DNA of 64,000 bases from an uncultured Nitrospiraceae bacterium (GTDB taxonomy: Bacteria; Nitrospirota; Thermodesulfovibrionia; Thermodesulfovibrionales; SM23-35): the NCBI GenBank assembly GCA_963727775.1, contig CAVSHB010000003.1, forward strand, positions 192,001-256,000, written 5' to 3'. The stretch's first letter is position 1; the number at the start of each line of letters is the position of its first letter. Positions 40,752 through 51,274 of the stretch are shown piece by piece. Below the pieces are notes generated by a model. The model searched no databases and was not told the origin of the DNA. It saw only the letters and a list, made by a program, of their open reading frames with translations. The position numbers were made by a program, and so were the translations under genes.

Positions 40752-41168
40752 CTATCCATTGCCCATTCTTCCTTTTAATATGCGGACTCTCTCGGCAAAA
40801 TCCTTTATACAGAGGATTTGTCCTTTTTCAACTACTACTATTGCCTTGCTTCTTATCAGCCAGGGCGACGGCTTCTGTTCGAGAAACCTTCCGTCTGATT
40901 CATAAAGGATATAAAGAGGCCCTATCCTCAGAGAAAGTTTCAATAATGCCTCTCTGTCCCTTTCGATCTCTAAGTCGCCGAACCATATTTTCTTGGTCTG
41001 ACTATTGAATATGTTTGCATTGAATATGGTTGTGGGCTTCCTCATGCTCTTGCTCGTATAAAGCATCCTTCCTGCCATTCCCAGAAACCCTACCGCTGGG
41101 TTGGATATCGCGGTAATTTCCTCATCGACCCAGAAAGATCCCTGAACAGCTTTTCTACAGGTCATCAT
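40752..41168 (-). CDS. Hypothetical protein
   Basis: RBS AAGGAGG; 138 aa; FNANIF...IWFGDL...LYILYESDGRF. No family recognised. Confidence 0.65.
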   Translation of the reverse strand: MMTCRKAVQGSFWVDEEITAISNPAVGFLGMAGRMLYTSKSMRKPTTIFNANIFNSQTKKIWFGDLEIERDREALLKLSLRIGPLYILYESDGRFLEQKPSPWLIRSKAIVVVEKGQILCIKDFAERVRILKGRMGNG

Positions 41169-41744
41169 ATTGCTTTTCCTCCTTTGCCTTCTTACAGGCT
41201 TTTTTGATCATGGTTTTGTTATGAACTCCCCCGATTCAATGCCCTGGACATCAAAAATCTCATCACCTACGATCTTGATCTTGGAGATGTCCTTTTCGCT
41301 TCTTTTGCTACTTGCCTTAAGAAGAACATTCGGGAACCTTTTTCGCTTTGCCTCGTCCAGCCTCATGTAGAGGCTCTCAAGATGATTGACGTCTTGCTTT
41401 TGATAGACATGTCCTCCTCCTTTCTTACCCCTTACCCATATATCTTTTGGGATGACACGAATGTCAAGTCGCTATCTATAATTTTTTAAATATTTTTTGT
41501 ACTTCGGGATATGTTGATGCGGTTGGAGGCACTCAGAACCCATCTCTTATGCCTATGTTCTACACAAGAGAGAGGCTCGTTATTGATCTGTTTCGGTAGG
41601 AATAAACACTTCATTAAACCAACGCAACGATGGCATATATTTCACTCTGTACGCCGCGGGTTTCTTGATGCTGCTCAAAATTGATGCCGAGCAACGGCAG
41701 AGATCACTTCCAACGCAGACGTACTTTACGGAGGTGCGCTCCAC

Positions 41745-41773
41745 TTGACAAAGGTTAACGTGCGGGTTAACAT
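41745..41773 (+). promoter_or_regulatory. TA operon promoter with palindromic operator
   Basis: TTGACA-N17-TAACAT overlapping GTTAAC-N6-GTTAAC; GTG at 41781 sits at the expected +1 (leaderless). Confidence 0.65.
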
Positions 41774-41780
41774 ATCGCGA

Positions 41781-42137
41781 GTGGGTAAGACTATGAAATT
41801 TTACAGAATGGCTGACAGCAAATGCCTCGTGCAAGAATTTCTCGATTCGCTGTCCGGCAAGGTAGCGCAGAAAGTTGCATGGGTGCTGAGCCTGATTGAG
41901 GATCTCGATGTTGTGCCGGCGACATATTTCAAAAAACTCGTCAACACCGGGGAGATATGGGAATGCAGGATACAATTTGGCTCGATTGCGTACCGGATAT
42001 TCTGCTTCTTCGACGGCAATTCCGTTGTTGTGCTAACCCACGGATTTATCAAGAAGACGCAAAAGACACCTCAGCGGGAGATTGAGCGGGCTGAGGCTTA
42101 CAGAAGAGACTATTTGCAGAGGAGGACAAAGAGATGA
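41781..42137 (+). CDS. RelE/ParE-superfamily toxin (HigB/Gp49-like)
   Basis: VQEFLDSL, IWECRI, YRIFCFF and LTHGFIKKTQKTP motifs; toxin-first order. Confidence 0.9.
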   Translation: MGKTMKFYRMADSKCLVQEFLDSLSGKVAQKVAWVLSLIEDLDVVPATYFKKLVNTGEIWECRIQFGSIAYRIFCFFDGNSVVVLTHGFIKKTQKTPQREIERAEAYRRDYLQRRTKR

Positions 42138-42409
42138 GTGATCTGAAGAAATATATCCAGGAGAGGAAGAAGAAGGACAAAGCATTTGCCGCAGGTTATG
42201 ACGAGGGTTACGAACAACTGAAGATCGGCGTAATACTCAAGCAGGCCCGTGAGATTGCGGGACTGACACAGGAAGAGCTTGCCCATCGAATAAAGACCAA
42301 GAAAACCGCTATTTCAAGGATCGAGAACCATGCAGAGGATATCAAGTTGTCCACACTCGAGAAGGTGGCCCATGCCCTCGGAAAAAGACTGGAAGTGAAA
42401 ATCGCTTGA
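42134..42409 (+). CDS. XRE/HTH antitoxin (HigA-like)
   Basis: GLTQEELA...AISRIEN; ATGA overlap with the toxin. Confidence 0.9.
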   Translation: MSDLKKYIQERKKKDKAFAAGYDEGYEQLKIGVILKQAREIAGLTQEELAHRIKTKKTAISRIENHAEDIKLSTLEKVAHALGKRLEVKIA

Positions 42410-42570
42410 GGTCGCCGATCTATTCCTGCTGCTCATTGCAGCCAAAGGTTGCCAGGGGCGGCAGGGAAAAAGATCGAGGCTGTTAACAAGGCAAGGCTCC
42501 ACTTTTCACCTCCTACTGAACATATATGGTATAACGTTTAAGTGGATGGGTTTTACCTGTTCATCGAAGA

Positions 42571-42706
42571 GGCAGGAGGACGTGAGTTTCACCTGGGTCT
42601 GAGAACCCTTTTTGTAGTGTGTTCCCTGTCTCCCAAAGCCATGATAGGTTGGTTGGGCCTATGAGCCCTTGTCACAATGGAGGTTTGGTTGGGAGACGTT
42701 CCTGCC
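42571..42706 (+). ncRNA. Candidate bridge RNA of IS110 #3
   Basis: Stems GGCAGGA/TCCTGCC and GTCTCCCAA/TTGGGAGAC with two internal loops; TTTCACC matches the left flank. Confidence 0.55.
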
Positions 42707-42737
42707 GTCACATTATAGATAAAAAGGAGGTATCGTC

Positions 42738-43931
42738 TTGTTTAAACAGTATGTAGGTATAGATGTATCCAAAGAATTCTCAACCGCTCAAGGTCTCGAT
42801 AACAATGGCAAGAAGCTCTTTTACTTAAGATTTACCATGAACGCTGAAGGGTTCTCTGAACTGTTAAAAGCGATGATGAAACACGCTCAGTGCATTACAG
42901 AGATAAGGGTGGCCATGGAGTCCACAGGGTGTTATCACATAAATCTCTTTTCATTTCTCTCTTCAGAGGGAGTTGCCTGTGTGGTAGTTAACCCTCTATT
43001 GATTAGTAATTTTGCGGGGCTGTCTCTGCGCAAGACAAAAACAGACAAGAAGGATGCCTTGATAATCGCTCAATTTCTGCTTTCCAACGAGAAGTCCCTC
43101 TCCGCGATAGCATTCTCACAGGATGCACAAGACCTTAAAGACCTCGCGAGAGAAAGAGAATCTCTGACAGTACTGATTGCCGGAATAAAGAACGATCTCA
43201 AGCGGCTGCTCCAGGGCACGTTTCCCGAGTTAGAAAAGCTCTGCGATCCGTGTGGGGAAACTATGTTGAATTTCCTCGTCCGGTTTCCTTCAGCGCGGTT
43301 GGTACGGACCGCGAAGAAGAGAGATATTGAGAAGGCACTTATCTGTCCCAATGAGAAACGAAAACGCGTTGCGGTTTCTGTTGACGACCTGATTGCAGCC
43401 GCAAAGACTTCTGTTGCATCACTCAGTGCCGCTAAGGAACTCATACTTTCAGAGAAGGTATCGACACTTCTCTATCTTCAGGGTAAGAAGGAGAGGATGA
43501 CCGACGTACTTATAGAGACTTGTGAATCATTGAGGATCGAGGAACTGGATATCATCAGATCCGTTGATGGCGTCAATAATATCACGGGCTCGACTTTCCT
43601 TGCAGAACTTGGAGACATCAATAATTTCACTTCATACAAGCATGTCATTGCGTTTGCCGGATTGGATCCTTCAATCCATCAATCGGGACAATATGAAGGA
43701 CACAGTACGATCTCAAAGCGTGGGAATCGCCATCTAAGAAGAGTTATTTTTCTAATGACACTCTGTGCCGTAAGAAGCAAGAATACCTTCAGAGAGTATT
43801 TTCTCAGGAGGAAACAAGAGGGCCTTCCTCCCAAAAAGGCTATCCTTGCAACCGCACATAAACTCATCAGGGTCATTTTCGCAATGCTTTCGAATAAGAC
43901 TCTCTTCAGAAAGGAGGTGGCTGCCCAATAG
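42738..43931 (+). CDS. IS110-family DEDD recombinase/transposase
   Basis: VGIDVSK, AMESTGCY, KTDKKDA, HQSG and ISKRGN motifs. Confidence 0.95.
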   Translation: MFKQYVGIDVSKEFSTAQGLDNNGKKLFYLRFTMNAEGFSELLKAMMKHAQCITEIRVAMESTGCYHINLFSFLSSEGVACVVVNPLLISNFAGLSLRKTKTDKKDALIIAQFLLSNEKSLSAIAFSQDAQDLKDLARERESLTVLIAGIKNDLKRLLQGTFPELEKLCDPCGETMLNFLVRFPSARLVRTAKKRDIEKALICPNEKRKRVAVSVDDLIAAAKTSVASLSAAKELILSEKVSTLLYLQGKKERMTDVLIETCESLRIEELDIIRSVDGVNNITGSTFLAELGDINNFTSYKHVIAFAGLDPSIHQSGQYEGHSTISKRGNRHLRRVIFLMTLCAVRSKNTFREYFLRRKQEGLPPKKAILATAHKLIRVIFAMLSNKTLFRKEVAAQ

Positions 43932-44205
43932 TTGACTGATAACCATCACCGCGGCAAGTTCTCCGATTGTGTTTGTTTCCGGTAAAATGTGTTTAAAATC
44001 GTTAGCGTGTTTCATCCCATACTCTTCACGGACCAGTTCACGACGACCAGAGCTTGAAGCTCTAATGCAATTTGTTAGGCAATGGGATACTATTTGATAT
44101 AATAAAACAAACCAACCACAAACTATGTGTATCAATCTAAACAGTCATCAGCCTTGCTATGGATGTATGCACATGGCAATACGAAAGATGAGAAAAGGAG
44201 AGGGT

Positions 44206-44655
44206 ATGATTAAAAAGATTCTTGTTCCTACAGACGGTTCAGAGACTGCGAATAAAGCCATCGAGTACGCGATAGAACTTGCAAGGCAGTTAGGTGCGAC
44301 AATAATATTCATGAGTGTTGTGGAGAATAGTTTATTGATCCCTCAGATCATTCCTTCTGTTGCAACGCCAACCCATCTTCTGGAACCGATTGAGGATTAT
44401 TTAAGGCAGACTGCTGAAGCCTATACCGACGAGGCCGAAAGATTATGCCAAAAAAGTGAAATTCAGCATACGAAGATTATCAGGTCTGGACATCCGGTGG
44501 AGGAAATTATCAAGGAGGCGATAAAATCAGAAGTCGATTTAATTGTAATCGGGGCACACGGCAAAAGCGCTTTGAAAGCGGCTCTTCTTGGAAGCATTAC
44601 CTTCGGGATTATAAATAAAGAGACAAAGGTCCCTGTACTTATAGTAAGAAAGTGA
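44206..44655 (+). CDS. Universal stress protein
   Basis: KKILVPTDGS, GHP, DLIVIGAHG...LLGS and PVLIV motifs. Confidence 0.92.
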   Translation: MIKKILVPTDGSETANKAIEYAIELARQLGATIIFMSVVENSLLIPQIIPSVATPTHLLEPIEDYLRQTAEAYTDEAERLCQKSEIQHTKIIRSGHPVEEIIKEAIKSEVDLIVIGAHGKSALKAALLGSITFGIINKETKVPVLIVRK

Positions 44656-44701
44656 CACATGAAATAAAATATCACACTGGTTCTGAGCATTATCATTTCT
44701 T

Positions 44702-45313
44702 TTGAATATTACGCCCGTTGTAGAACACTTTCCATACGTTGGACTCTTTATCCTCCTTATCCTGGGAGCGATCGGTTTACCATTCCCTGAAGACACCACT
44801 CTCATCCTGTGCGGGTTCTTAATCTCCACTGAAGTTTTGAAGCCCCTTCCCGCATTGTTTGTTGTCTATTCAGGACTGTTGACTACGGATTTCTTGCTTT
44901 ATAGTATCGGGAAAAAATATGGCCATAATATTGTCCAACATAAATATTTCCAAAAAATTATATCTCCTGCGAGGCTCGTAAAACTGGAAAATAGATTTCA
45001 TAAGGGAGAGATACTTTTTATCCTGCTCGGGAGACATCTTGTCGGACTCAGGGCTCAGATATTTATTGTGTCAGGTGTTATGAGAATGGATCCTTTGAAA
45101 TTTCTACTTACAGATGCTTTTTCTTCACTTTTTACGATTACTCTTATGGTTGGAGCAGGATATGTCGGTGGCAACAGTTTGCAGGTTATTAAAAAAGATA
45201 TTACAAAGGTTGAGCATATCGCAATCTTGCTTTCAGTCTTTCTGATTGTCATATTCATGTTTTATAAGTTTTATAGGTACAGGCATGATAAAGATTTTAG
45301 AGCCAAGACATGA
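44702..45313 (+). CDS. DedA-family membrane protein
   Basis: GLPFPED, DFLLYSIG and GRHLVGLR motifs. Confidence 0.88.
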   Translation: MNITPVVEHFPYVGLFILLILGAIGLPFPEDTTLILCGFLISTEVLKPLPALFVVYSGLLTTDFLLYSIGKKYGHNIVQHKYFQKIISPARLVKLENRFHKGEILFILLGRHLVGLRAQIFIVSGVMRMDPLKFLLTDAFSSLFTITLMVGAGYVGGNSLQVIKKDITKVEHIAILLSVFLIVIFMFYKFYRYRHDKDFRAKT

Positions 45314-45454
45314 TATATGTACATTTATAATTGGGGTAGATTTATTATGACGGACATCAAACAACAAAATCAGCTATTTCTTCGACGCTTGCGAGGCCTC
45401 TATTTCGAGTTCGTCACGAGACTTTGGCAGCTTATTTTCGGGAATACGAAGTGC

Positions 45455-46093
45455 TTATTCTCCTCCTCGTATGCGCAGGTGATCTCGCATATAAGACCGG
45501 TCGCCCATTATGTGTAATAATGGGCCATGCGCCGCAAATTCCACGATGCTGATAGAGGCCACTGGCATGCTAATGCGATCGCGAAAACGCCCCACGTCAA
45601 TGCCTAATAGTGAGCACAACATAATGCGGGTCGTGGCCTTATGAGAAACGACAAGGACATTTCCTGTAGAGTAAGTTTTCTCAATTTCCTCAAGCAAAAG
45701 TGAACTGCGCCGAGCGATATCAATGCCTTTTTGTCCTCCGGTGGGAGCATTCCATCCTGGATCAGTTAACCAGCGGACATAGTCATCATGAAACTCGCGA
45801 TTAACATCTTCGGGAGTCTTACCCTCCCATTGACCAAAAGCAATTTCTTTCAACCCTTCTTTGAGGTGCATTTGTATTCCCGCCGCCTCGCAAAGAGGTT
45901 TGGCCGTGGCTACGGCACGGCGTAGCGGACTGGAAAAAACAGCGACCCACGGAAGAGATTTATAAGCATCGGCAAAATCCTCTGCCATCTGATAACCTGC
46001 CGGGGTCAAGTCTGGGTCGAGAGTCCCGCAGTAACCTCCTGTTTGGCTGGCAGTGGTTTCCCCATGTCGCAGAAAATAGATGATTAAACTCAT
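45455..46093 (-). CDS. Histidine phosphatase (phosphoglycerate mutase family)
   Basis: LRHGET, SSPLRRA, EIAFGQWEG and VSH motifs. Confidence 0.9.
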   Translation of the reverse strand: MSLIIYFLRHGETTASQTGGYCGTLDPDLTPAGYQMAEDFADAYKSLPWVAVFSSPLRRAVATAKPLCEAAGIQMHLKEGLKEIAFGQWEGKTPEDVNREFHDDYVRWLTDPGWNAPTGGQKGIDIARRSSLLLEEIEKTYSTGNVLVVSHKATTRIMLCSLLGIDVGRFRDRISMPVASISIVEFAAHGPLLHIMGDRSYMRDHLRIRGGE

Positions 46094-46138
46094 AATTTAA
46101 GTCCTCCTCTTTGCTTTAATCGCACGACGTCTACCCAA

Positions 46139-46288
46139 TCAGGTAACAACCTTTGCTTGGTTTGCCCGCGAGTCCACATTATTTTCCGCCTCGGTTCTGT
46201 ACTGGCCAAGGTGTGCAGCACTGCTGAACCTGGCTTGATGATACAGAGCCTGGTGCGCTGCAGCTGGATTTGTCTGCTGACCCCTCCA
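46139..46288 (-). pseudogene. C-terminal relic of a second class I aldolase
   Basis: WRGQQTNPAAAHQALYHQARFSSAAHLGQY aligns by eye with [30 protein letters not shown] of the intact aldolase at 51271-52314. Confidence 0.65.
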
Positions 46289-46373
46289 TCTTTCATCTTT
46301 CCGAATATCCCGCTCCGCCTGATCCCAGTCCTGAACTGCTCGACCGTCCTGACGGCCTCGTTGCTAGTAGAGT

Positions 46374-48899
46374 TCATAGGCCCGTATGGCGCTGCGGTGT
46401 AAGATCGAGCGGCTTCTTGGCCAATAGGGGCGCGGCAGTTGGATCGAACACCCGATACGCAAGCAGTTTCAACCGATCATTCACGAGGAACCACACCAGC
46501 GCATAGCCCCAAACGGACAGCGCCCAACCCCAGCTGAGGGGTGTCATAAACAGCCCATAAACCGCTATCAACGTCGCTAGGATTTGCGTCCCGAGCACTG
46601 CCACCCATAAAATCCGCGCTGGCCGATGAGACCAGAACGGGCCGCGTGTGCGCGTTAGAAAGATCGTCAGATGTCCGGCCACGGACAGCTTCAAATACAT
46701 CAGCGTCTGGATGTGCGCACGGTCGAGGTGAAAGACACGCTCACCGAGATAAAACAGGCCGAAGGCAGAGACGACCCCGATGACGCCCAGTACCGTGGCG
46801 ACCCCCAGCACCATGCGCATATTCCATGCCTCGGGCTTGTCCTTGTACTGAACGTTGTCGTACGCAATGGACAGAATCGCCCCGTCGTTGAGCAACGCCA
46901 GCATCACGATCATCACTGCTGTCAACGGATAAAAGTTAAACACCAGGATCGCCAGCGTCATGAACAACAGCACGCGCAGCGTTTCGGCGATGCGGTATAT
47001 GGCATAGCTGTTCATCCGCTGGAAGATTTTTCGGCTCTCCTTGATAGCGTCTATGATCACCGACAGGCCAGGCGTCATCAGCACAATGGACGCCGCCGCG
47101 CGCGCCGCGTCCGTCGCGCTCGAAACGGCGATGCCACAGTCAGCCTTCTTCAGCGGGGGGGCGTCATTCACCCCGTCGCCCGTCATGCCGACAATGTGGC
47201 CGCTTTGCTGCAGGACGTCTACAATGTGGAACTTATGTTCGGGAAACACCTGGGCGAAGCCGTCCGCTTTCTCGATGGACTCCGCCAACTGCGCCGTCTC
47301 GTGATGCTTCGTGTCGCCGAAGACGCTGGCATCGAGGATATTTGTACCCATCCCCAATTTTCCAGCGGTTTCCCGTGCGATGGCCAGTGCATCGCCCGTA
47401 ACCATCTTAACGTTCACGCCCATCTGGCGCGCAGTAGCGATGGTTGTCTTGGCATCTTCCCGTGGCGGATCGAACAGGGGCAACACGCCTAGAAACTGCC
47501 ATTGGCCTTGCGCGTCCGTCCGCGCCACACCCACCGAGCGGAATCCGCGCACCGCAAATTCGTTTACGGCCTTCTCGACGGCGGGCTTTACCTCACCGGC
47601 GTTGTCTGACAATTCCAAGATCACCTGCGGCGCGCCCTTGGTCACCTTGAACTCCTTTCCGTCCGTGCCCTTGACGGTGGCTTCGGTGCGCTTATGCACC
47701 GGGTCGAACGGCTGGAAATGAACCACCTGGTAGCCATTCAAGGCCTGATCATTTTTCAGGCCGCCCAGCACGGCCAGGTCAATGGTGTCCTTATTGTCCG
47801 TGCGCGACGCCAGCGCGGCGTTGAGAATGACTTGATCGGCAGGGATGCCGTTCACGCTGAACGGATCGCCCAGCGTCAGCTTGTTCTGCGTCAGGGTGCC
47901 GGTCTTGTCCGCGCACAGTATGTCTACGCCCGCCAATTCCTCGATGGCTGCCAACCGGGTCACAATCGCCTTTTTTTTGGCCAGCAGGCGCGCGCCGACC
48001 GCCATGGTTACGGACAGCACCGTCGGCATCGCAACGGGAATCGCGGCCACGGTCAAGACCAATGCGAACTGAAGCGTGGTAAGGATCGGGTCACCGCGGA
48101 AGATTGCGACGCCCAGAATCAATACCACCAGGGTCACTGCGAGGATGATCAGGTAATTGCCGATCTTCAACACTGCGCGTTGAAAGTGGCTCGGTGTCTG
48201 CGCCTCCTGCACCAGTTGCGCTGTCTTGCCGAAGTAAGTGTTCTGGCCCGTGGCGTACACGAGCGCGTCGATTTCGCCCTGACGGATGATCGAACCGGAA
48301 AACACAGCCTCGCCAGGTTTGCGCGTGGCGGGTAACGACTCTCCCGTCAGCGCGGACTGATCTACCTCAACAGGATCGCCCTCCAGCAAGCGCGCATCCG
48401 CCGGCACGATGTCGCCCAGACGCATGTGGATGACGTCGCCCGGCACAAGCTCACGCGCCTCCTGGGTCGTCCACTTCCCATCACGTTTCACTTGGGCCTT
48501 GATCGCCAGCTTGGCCTTCAGCGCGGCGATGGCGTTGCCCGCCTGGTGTTCTTCCCAGAATCCAACCACGGCATTAGCCAGGAGCAGAACAAGGATGATG
48601 GCAAAGTCCGGCCAATGCCGGGCTACCGCCGAAAGGATCACGGCCACTTCGATCATCCACGGGATGGGACCCCAAAAATAGGTGAGAAATTTAAGCAACA
48701 GATTGGTCTTCTTTTCTTCAATCTCGTTAGGCCCATATTGGCTCAGACGTTTCTGCGCCTCGTCTTGACTTAAGCCGTCCGGCGACGACCCCAACTTTGT
48801 CTGCAGTTCCGGCATAGGAAGGGATTTTAGATCGTCCTTCGCGGTGGGCTTAGATTCCGGCTTCGGTTCGGGTTTATTTTTGCTTACGTGTTCCTTCAT
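46374..48899 (-). CDS. Plasma-membrane proton-efflux P-type ATPase (P3A)
   Basis: FWGPIPWMIE, TGES, IPVAMP, DKTGT, KGAP, TGD, GDGVND and LNDG motifs. Confidence 0.95.
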   Translation of the reverse strand: MKEHVSKNKPEPKPESKPTAKDDLKSLPMPELQTKLGSSPDGLSQDEAQKRLSQYGPNEIEEKKTNLLLKFLTYFWGPIPWMIEVAVILSAVARHWPDFAIILVLLLANAVVGFWEEHQAGNAIAALKAKLAIKAQVKRDGKWTTQEARELVPGDVIHMRLGDIVPADARLLEGDPVEVDQSALTGESLPATRKPGEAVFSGSIIRQGEIDALVYATGQNTYFGKTAQLVQEAQTPSHFQRAVLKIGNYLIILAVTLVVLILGVAIFRGDPILTTLQFALVLTVAAIPVAMPTVLSVTMAVGARLLAKKKAIVTRLAAIEELAGVDILCADKTGTLTQNKLTLGDPFSVNGIPADQVILNAALASRTDNKDTIDLAVLGGLKNDQALNGYQVVHFQPFDPVHKRTEATVKGTDGKEFKVTKGAPQVILELSDNAGEVKPAVEKAVNEFAVRGFRSVGVARTDAQGQWQFLGVLPLFDPPREDAKTTIATARQMGVNVKMVTGDALAIARETAGKLGMGTNILDASVFGDTKHHETAQLAESIEKADGFAQVFPEHKFHIVDVLQQSGHIVGMTGDGVNDAPPLKKADCGIAVSSATDAARAAASIVLMTPGLSVIIDAIKESRKIFQRMNSYAIYRIAETLRVLLFMTLAILVFNFYPLTAVMIVMLALLNDGAILSIAYDNVQYKDKPEAWNMRMVLGVATVLGVIGVVSAFGLFYLGERVFHLDRAHIQTLMYLKLSVAGHLTIFLTRTRGPFWSHRPARILWVAVLGTQILATLIAVYGLFMTPLSWGWALSVWGYALVWFLVNDRLKLLAYRVFDPTAAPLLAKKPLDLTPQRHTGL

Positions 48900-49620
48900 A
48901 GTGGGCCTCCTTAGCTCTTTCGCGAAGAGCGCGTATATTTTTCGTAACATCTCCCTTAAATACAGCGCTTCCGGCTATAAGATGGGTAGCTCCGGCCTTT
49001 ACGACCAGCGGTATAGTATTATTATTTATTCCACCATCCACTCCTACATTTATATCAAGGCCTTTTTGATATAACATTGTTTTAACAGCCGCTACTTTTT
49101 TTTCTGACCCCCTTATAAATGTCTGTCCGCCGAAGCCCGGTTCAACGGTCATGATCAAGATCATATTCACCTTATCAATGATATCTTTAATGGTATCGAG
49201 CGGCGTTTTCGGCCGTAGTGATATCCCGGCTTTCATTTTCAGGCCCTTTATCATCTCCACGGCCTTTCTGAAATTCCGGCACGCTTCCTGATGTATAATT
49301 ATGCAATCAGAACCGGCTCGTTTAAAATCCGCCACATATCGTTTCGGATGATCAATCATGAGATGCGTCTGAAGATAAAGGTCGGTATATTTTCTTATCG
49401 CTTTTATTACTACGGGGCCGATAGAGATGTTCGGCACAAAATGCCCGTCCATTACATCCAGATGCAGGCGCGAACATCCAGCCCTTTCTACTTTTTTGAT
49501 CTCTTTGCCGAGATTTGTAAAATCGGCCGATAGTATTGACGGAACTACCTCTATTCTTTGCGTAAAATACTTTTCTTCCTTTCCAATCGCATACTGTTGT
49601 TGTGGTTGTTTTTCGGTCAT
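48874..49620 (-). CDS. rpe: Ribulose-phosphate 3-epimerase
   Basis: PSILSADF, HLDVMDGHFVPN, MTVEPGFGGQ and DGG motifs. Confidence 0.95.
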   Translation of the reverse strand: MTEKQPQQQYAIGKEEKYFTQRIEVVPSILSADFTNLGKEIKKVERAGCSRLHLDVMDGHFVPNISIGPVVIKAIRKYTDLYLQTHLMIDHPKRYVADFKRAGSDCIIIHQEACRNFRKAVEMIKGLKMKAGISLRPKTPLDTIKDIIDKVNMILIMTVEPGFGGQTFIRGSEKKVAAVKTMLYQKGLDINVGVDGGINNNTIPLVVKAGATHLIAGSAVFKGDVTKNIRALRERAKEAHYEGTRKQK

Positions 49621-49624
49621 GGTT

Positions 49625-51274
49625 TTATCGCTTATGCACCAGTTTCTTGGACCTTCTATAGCGCCGGATCAAGCTGTTGGTTGAGCTATCGTGCTTGAGT
49701 TGGCACTTTGCTCCTGTCTCAAGTTCGGGAATGATGCGTGCGGCAAGCGCCTTCCCCAGTTCGACCCCCCACTGATCAAACGAATCAATCTGCCAGATGG
49801 CGCCTTGAATGAAAACGCTGTGTTCGTATAGTGCTACAAGCTTACCTAGCGCCTCCGGTGTCAAGCGCTCCAAACAAATCGTACTGGATGGACGATTACC
49901 CTCAAAGATCCGGTGCGGCAGAAGCCATTCTGGTGTACTCTCAGCCCGGAGCTCCTGAGGCGTTTTTCCAAAAGCCAGCGCCTCTGCCTGGGCAAAAACA
50001 TTAGCCAAGAGCAAGTCGTGGTGACGGCCAATAGGATTAAGAGGTTGCATAAACGCGATAAAGTCACAAGGGATGAGCTTAGTCCCCTGATGAATTAATT
50101 GGTAGAAGGAGTGCTGGCCATTGGTGCCCGGCTCTCCCCAGTAGATCGAACCGGTTTGGTAAGCGACCTCCGCCCCATCAAGCGTAACGTGCTTACCATT
50201 GCTCTCCATTGTCAACTGCTGGAGGTAAGCCGGGAAGCGCTTCAAGTACTGCTCATACGGCAGAACCGCAATGGTCTGTGTATCAAAAAAGTTGTTATAC
50301 CAAATACCTAGGAGTTCCATGAGCACCGGCAAGTTGCGCTCGAAAGGGGCAGTGCGGAAATGCTCGTCCATCTGGTGGAAACCATCGAGCATCGCACGGA
50401 AATCTTTGGGGCCAATGGCAATCATCGTAGAAAGACCAATCGCCGAATCCATTGAGTATCGTCCGCCGACCCAATCCCAAAACTCGAACATATTTGCAGT
50501 GTCGATGCCGAAATTAGCCACTGCCCCAACGTTGGTCGAGACCGCGACGAAATGCCTGGCAACAGCAGCGGGATCTTTTAAAGTCTGGAGGACCCAGTCG
50601 CGGGCCGTGTGCGCATTGGTCATCGTCTCCAGGGTCGTAAAGGTCTTGGACGAGATGATAAACAGCGTCTCCTCCGCATCGAGGTCGCGAGTGGCCTCGG
50701 CGAAGTCAGTGCCGTCGATGTTGGAGACGAAGCGGAAAGTCAGGTTGCGCTGGCTGTAATGCCGTAATGCCTCGTACACCATCACTGGCCCAAGGTCAGA
50801 CCCACCGATGCCAATATTGATGATGTTGCGGATCGACTTACCGGTGTGGCCCTTCCATTCCCCGCTGCGCACACGGGTGGAAAAGTCAGTCATTTTGTCG
50901 AGCACGGCGTGGACCTGAGGCACGACGTCTTCGCCGTCCACGACGATGGATTGCCCTTTGGGGTCGCGCAGGGCCACGTGCAGGACGGCCCGCTTCTCCG
51001 TGACGTTGATCTTCTCACCCCGGAACATGGCATCGATGCGAGCCCGCAGGCCAGACTCCTCCGTCAATTGCAAAAGGAGCCTGAGTGTCTCGTCGGTGAT
51101 GCGGTGCTTCGAATAGTCAAAGTATATGCCGACAGCCTCAGCTGTCATGCGCTCTCCGCGCTTTGGATCGTCCGCGAAGAGCTTACGAAGATGCGACTCC
51201 CGGACTTTCGGGTAATGTGCTTCGAGGGCCTGCCAGGCCGCGAGTTTCGCAAGTTGCGGGATACTTGTTGTCAT
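49625..51274 (-). CDS. pgi: Glucose-6-phosphate isomerase
   Basis: [24 protein letters not shown] and DQWGVELGK; start at MTTSI by ATGA overlap. Confidence 0.96.
   Translation of the reverse strand: MTTSIPQLAKLAAWQALEAHYPKVRESHLRKLFADDPKRGERMTAEAVGIYFDYSKHRITDETLRLLLQLTEESGLRARIDAMFRGEKINVTEKRAVLHVALRDPKGQSIVVDGEDVVPQVHAVLDKMTDFSTRVRSGEWKGHTGKSIRNIINIGIGGSDLGPVMVYEALRHYSQRNLTFRFVSNIDGTDFAEATRDLDAEETLFIISSKTFTTLETMTNAHTARDWVLQTLKDPAAVARHFVAVSTNVGAVANFGIDTANMFEFWDWVGGRYSMDSAIGLSTMIAIGPKDFRAMLDGFHQMDEHFRTAPFERNLPVLMELLGIWYNNFFDTQTIAVLPYEQYLKRFPAYLQQLTMESNGKHVTLDGAEVAYQTGSIYWGEPGTNGQHSFYQLIHQGTKLIPCDFIAFMQPLNPIGRHHDLLLANVFAQAEALAFGKTPQELRAESTPEWLLPHRIFEGNRPSSTICLERLTPEALGKLVALYEHSVFIQGAIWQIDSFDQWGVELGKALAARIIPELETGAKCQLKHDSSTNSLIRRYRRSKKLVHKR

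Larger units (their letters stand above)
42511..43950 (+). mobile_element. IS110-family element with upstream non-coding region (ends tentative)
   Basis: CACC at both candidate junctions (42507-42510, 43947-43950); TTGACT immediately after the stop codon. Confidence 0.65.
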
